From Podarcis vaucheri (lineage: Eukaryota): 64,000 nt of DNA. This document shows, piece by piece, positions 60,292 through 64,000 of the stretch (positions are counted from its first letter, which is position 1; the number at the start of each line of letters is the position of its first letter). The position numbers were made by a program, and so were the translations under genes. The stretch lies in the NCBI GenBank assembly GCA_965113315.1, contig OZ220368.1; one strand, given 5' to 3'. The notes under the pieces are model-generated. The model was not told the DNA's origin. It did not search any database and saw only the letters and a program-made list of their open reading frames with translations.

Positions 60292-62630
60292 AAACAAATC
60301 CTGCATCCATCCAGTCTAACCGTGCCTTTGCAGTCTGATCTGTCTGCTGTTCTAAATCCCTCCTTCCTTCCATTGCTGACACTAGGTGTGGCACCATCAG
60401 AGGCAACAACACTAGGATACCATAGACTAAACAGCATTTTGTATCTGATCTCTTCTGAACGCTGTGAATACTCCTAATGGAAACAAGTGTAACTCACTGA
60501 GAGAGCTACCTGTTTTAGATGTCTGTGAGGTGGGAGAAATGAAGCCTGTAGGAGTCAAATATGTGGATTTCAGAAAACACCCAGTGTTTCTTGACTTTTT
60601 CTTCATTTTGACACTGTGAATTTGTGGGGTGAAGTAACACTCCATAGGCCTTTTCTATTTATCATTCTAAACCTTGGACTGTTCTACAACTTTGGTCTCA
60701 TATGTACATGCTGTCTCAATTTAGATTTATACCTCCATACTGAGTCATGGCCACAAAACTGTTTCCAACAAGTAGCACTCTTCTACTTATCGTCTCAGAA
60801 GACACTAACCACTGTGATACTGCTTGCAAACCTCTTGCTCACCAGATTTCCTAGCATGGATGCTGCTCACAATCTTTGCTGTCCTTGGATATCTGAATGC
60901 ATGGTATAATATAAAGTTCTACTTGGCAGTGCGTCTGCTCTAATTAAGCGCTTTTCCTTTTTCCTAGGAGTTAGGCTTGGTATATTTAAGAAAATGCCAA
61001 AAAGGGATGTTTTCAGCTGTTCATTAAACAGGATGCCTTTTTTAAAAATCGTTACCTGGAATTATCACTCTCTGTTCAGGTTAACCAATCTGCTTATAAA
61101 TAATAATTTTGAATTGATTCCCCCCCTAAACTCTTTTTAAAATTGAAACTTTCAAAGGCACAGGTCACTAAATTGTACACAAAGACTGACAATCAAGGGT
61201 GTGCTTTTGCTGTAACAGAACACAGTTCCCCTTTAGAAGAAAAGGGGTCAAAATTTCATGCAAATAGCATCTCTTTAAAAACTGCTAAATGTAGCATTCC
61301 AGGCACACTGACACCATCAAAATATTTGCCATTTATTTTTCTTCAAGCAGGTGAGCAGTCTGTTGTATTTGCCTTATTACATTCGTCAAATGGCAAACTT
61401 TACATAGCTCATTAAACAATGATTGCAAAGAAATGTTGGATTAGGACCAGCTTTTGATAATAAGGTTAAGGCCTACAGAGATTATTTCTGATATTGTTAG
61501 AGTAGAGAAGTCACTATATTAGACAAAGGTCTCAAGCAATTTTTTATCTCTCTCTGTTCAGAGAATAGGGTCAGCAGTGAGACAGTTGTTGATGATAGGT
61601 GAGGTAGGGCCAGATATCTGCCCACTGTCCCTGGAATTATGTCCAGGAAATTATACCAAATTGTAACTAGGTACAATTATAGCAGTTGAAGACTACTGCA
61701 CATTTGAGTGTTAATAAATATATTTGTGCTTTGCTTTTATTCTCAAAAAGCAAACAGTTATTTCCCTAATATGAATAGTTTTAATCTCTGTCAGTAAATT
61801 GCAGGAGTTATTGGTGATTTTTCTCTCCCCTGAAAACCAGATAACATAGTACATGTGCCTTTTAATGGTAAACTATCCAAGAAGCATCAGAGCAGTTGGT
61901 TATGAACAGAGGGCATCCACCATATGGCTATAAAACACACAAAGCTGTGGCCATTAACTTCTCCATCACTGTAACTGAAGGCTTCCCTCAGTAGTTTTAC
62001 ATGAATGAATAGCTCGTTCCCTATATTTCTTTCCATTAATATTGTCCCCATTCTGTTTGCCTTCTGCCAAGCTGAACAGCAGACATCCGCGTTCTTCCAT
62101 GGAAATGTAGTAAAGGGGCAGAGCACTAAGAAGCAGAGAAACCGTGATGTATGAAGATCAGCACCCGGCTCTGGGATATGTCCTTGGCTGCTCATTAAGG
62201 ACTTCCAGAGTTGAGTGAAAAGAGATTCCAGCTACAAGCTGACAAAAAGCAGTATGTGTTTTTAGCAAGAGAATGAAACGTCTGAGGTTAAGAGACTGAT
62301 GCTCTGATTTAAAACAGTGGTGTACATGCAGCAATATTGTGAAATCCACAATTTCAGCATAACATGTTGTGTTGATGAAAGTGGAGAATCTTAACTGTTA
62401 AAAGAAAATGTGAATGTACCTGTCTTACAGCATAGGCTGAGTGGATGCTAGAATATTAAGCATTATACACTTGAGGTTGCTAAGTAGTAGACAAAGATTC
62501 TGAAGTCACTGCAATATTAAACTTTGAAGGTACTGGCAACTGTGAAGGTACTGTACACCCTTCACAGCTGCAGTGAAACAGGTGGGAAACAGGGCGTTTT
62601 TAATAAAAATTATCAATATTTAACCCTTCA
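60292..62630 (+). other. ANKS1A: Probable ANKS1A 3' UTR (end uncertain)
   Basis: Follows the stop codon, AT-rich, no recognisable TE; AATAAA at 61713-61718 and 62602-62607, ATTAAA at 63890-63895. Confidence 0.55.
62602..62607 (+). terminator. Candidate polyadenylation signal AATAAA (alternative at 61713-61718)
   Basis: Canonical hexamer downstream of the stop codon; usage cannot be determined from sequence. Confidence 0.35.
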
Positions 62631-64000
62631 TGACCATTGCTGAACTGATGCCTGGTACAAGTGTGCTTTTACTGCAAATAACTCTTATTATTGCAGTATT
62701 TCTTTTCTGGTTAAGTACAATTTTGTCACACATTTATGTATACATTGAATAACTGGACTGTAGCTCCATGCATCTCATTCCTGTACCATATTTTTGAAAA
62801 TGTGGTTGTGCCCTGATGGTTTGGGATTTTTAAGTAGTTAATTCACTGATTAGCACTTTTTATACTAGTTCATAATTTAAGTATACTTAGTATATCAGTT
62901 TCACAATATGAAAAAGATGTGGAGAGATTTTGGGCATTATGCTGAAACAGTTGTTTCTTGTTCTACTCCACCCAAGAATGACTGTATGCTTCACATAGAG
63001 TATCACAGTCTCGAACACTGGTTTTGGCTATGGCTGTGACATATACATCTTTCTATAGCCTATCTGAGGAAGTGCAAATAAGTCTGTGTTAGCTTGTGGT
63101 ACCCTGCTATTTTGTTAATGGCTTGTTTCGACTTCTGTATCTTTAAAATGTAATTTAGTCTTATTCCAGATGAAAAGGTATCAAGAAAAAACCAAATCAT
63201 CATCCCAAAGGCCTGGCTTTGGAAATAATTGGTGGATGAATTTTGGAAATATTAACATTCCTTTATATTCATATGTGAACGGTATGCTGGTGATGGTTAT
63301 AAATACTGAGGTACTTATAACTGTTGTGAAAGAATGCACACTGAACTGTTTTGCTATAGAGAGGATAGCCTTAGAACATGGTGACAAAATGAGCGAAAGC
63401 TTCCAACTTGCATCTTCCAGTGATCAGGTGCTTCCTTTCTCAGAGTTTACATGGACATAGCAATATCTATGACAGTATCTCCTGCTTAGGCATTCTTTAT
63501 AAGAAGGTAATCAAAGCCATTCTGGTCTGGACTTTTCCTATGAATTTTAGTTATTCCTGGGCTCCGAGCAGTCTGAATACTAGTACAATATTTGAGACTC
63601 TTGCCTCTCTGTGGGATTTTGCAGCACACTGAGAAAAGTGCCCTATATTCCTGGCACTGAATGCGTTTTGAGATCTTCAATGAAAATGCTGTTGCTGTTC
63701 TAGCACCAACCTATGCTGAAGCGGCATCATCAATGCCCCCCCCCCCCCAGTGCTCCAAATGTTTCCCTTTTCAAAAAGATGTATGTCTTCTGTAGACTTC
63801 TTTTTATCTTTTGTGTCCAGGAGAAAACACTATAAATGTTAAGGTGGCTGAAGGAACTGCTCCTTAGCTCTTGAATGGGAAATCACGTTATTAAAATCAA
63901 ACTCTTGCAATCTTTTTATTTTGTACATGCCATTGTTGGCTCATAGGATCTGGCCTTTTTGACTTTCTTAGCTTGAGATGAAAATCTTATTTGATTTCTG

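Noticed and set aside
63170-63680. ORFs at the window end as a possible neighbouring gene such as TCP11, the downstream neighbour in mammals as I recall
   Set aside because: The listed translations show no similarity to TCP11 that I can recognise.

Overview
Vertebrate genomic DNA, most likely from a squamate, probably a lacertid lizard (Sauria/Squam1-type SINEs, a Squam3-like SINE with a (CTT)n tail, CR1/L2/L1/Penelope fragments, many hAT and Tc1/mariner-type MITEs). The window holds the 3' half of ANKS1A (Odin) on the + strand. I traced 13 constitutive coding exons from 779 to the TGA at 60289-60291, all with GT-AG boundaries and consistent phases. They encode the end of the linker, tandem SAM domains, the PTB domain and the C-terminus ...STKYETTIF, followed by a probable 3' UTR. 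The ankyrin-repeat exons lie upstream of the window. The most notable observation is in the intron immediately before the first SAM exon: it reads in frame as [33 protein letters not shown], which closely resembles the N-terminus of the short AIDA-1 isoforms of the paralogue ANKS1B as I recall it. This suggests an internally initiated, ankyrin-less SAM-SAM-PTB isoform of about 479 aa. There is also a frame-preserving Cys/His-rich cassette exon and several candidate microexons. The remaining ORFs in the supplied track appear to be intronic or repeat-derived noise. Homology calls are from memory and no searches were run.
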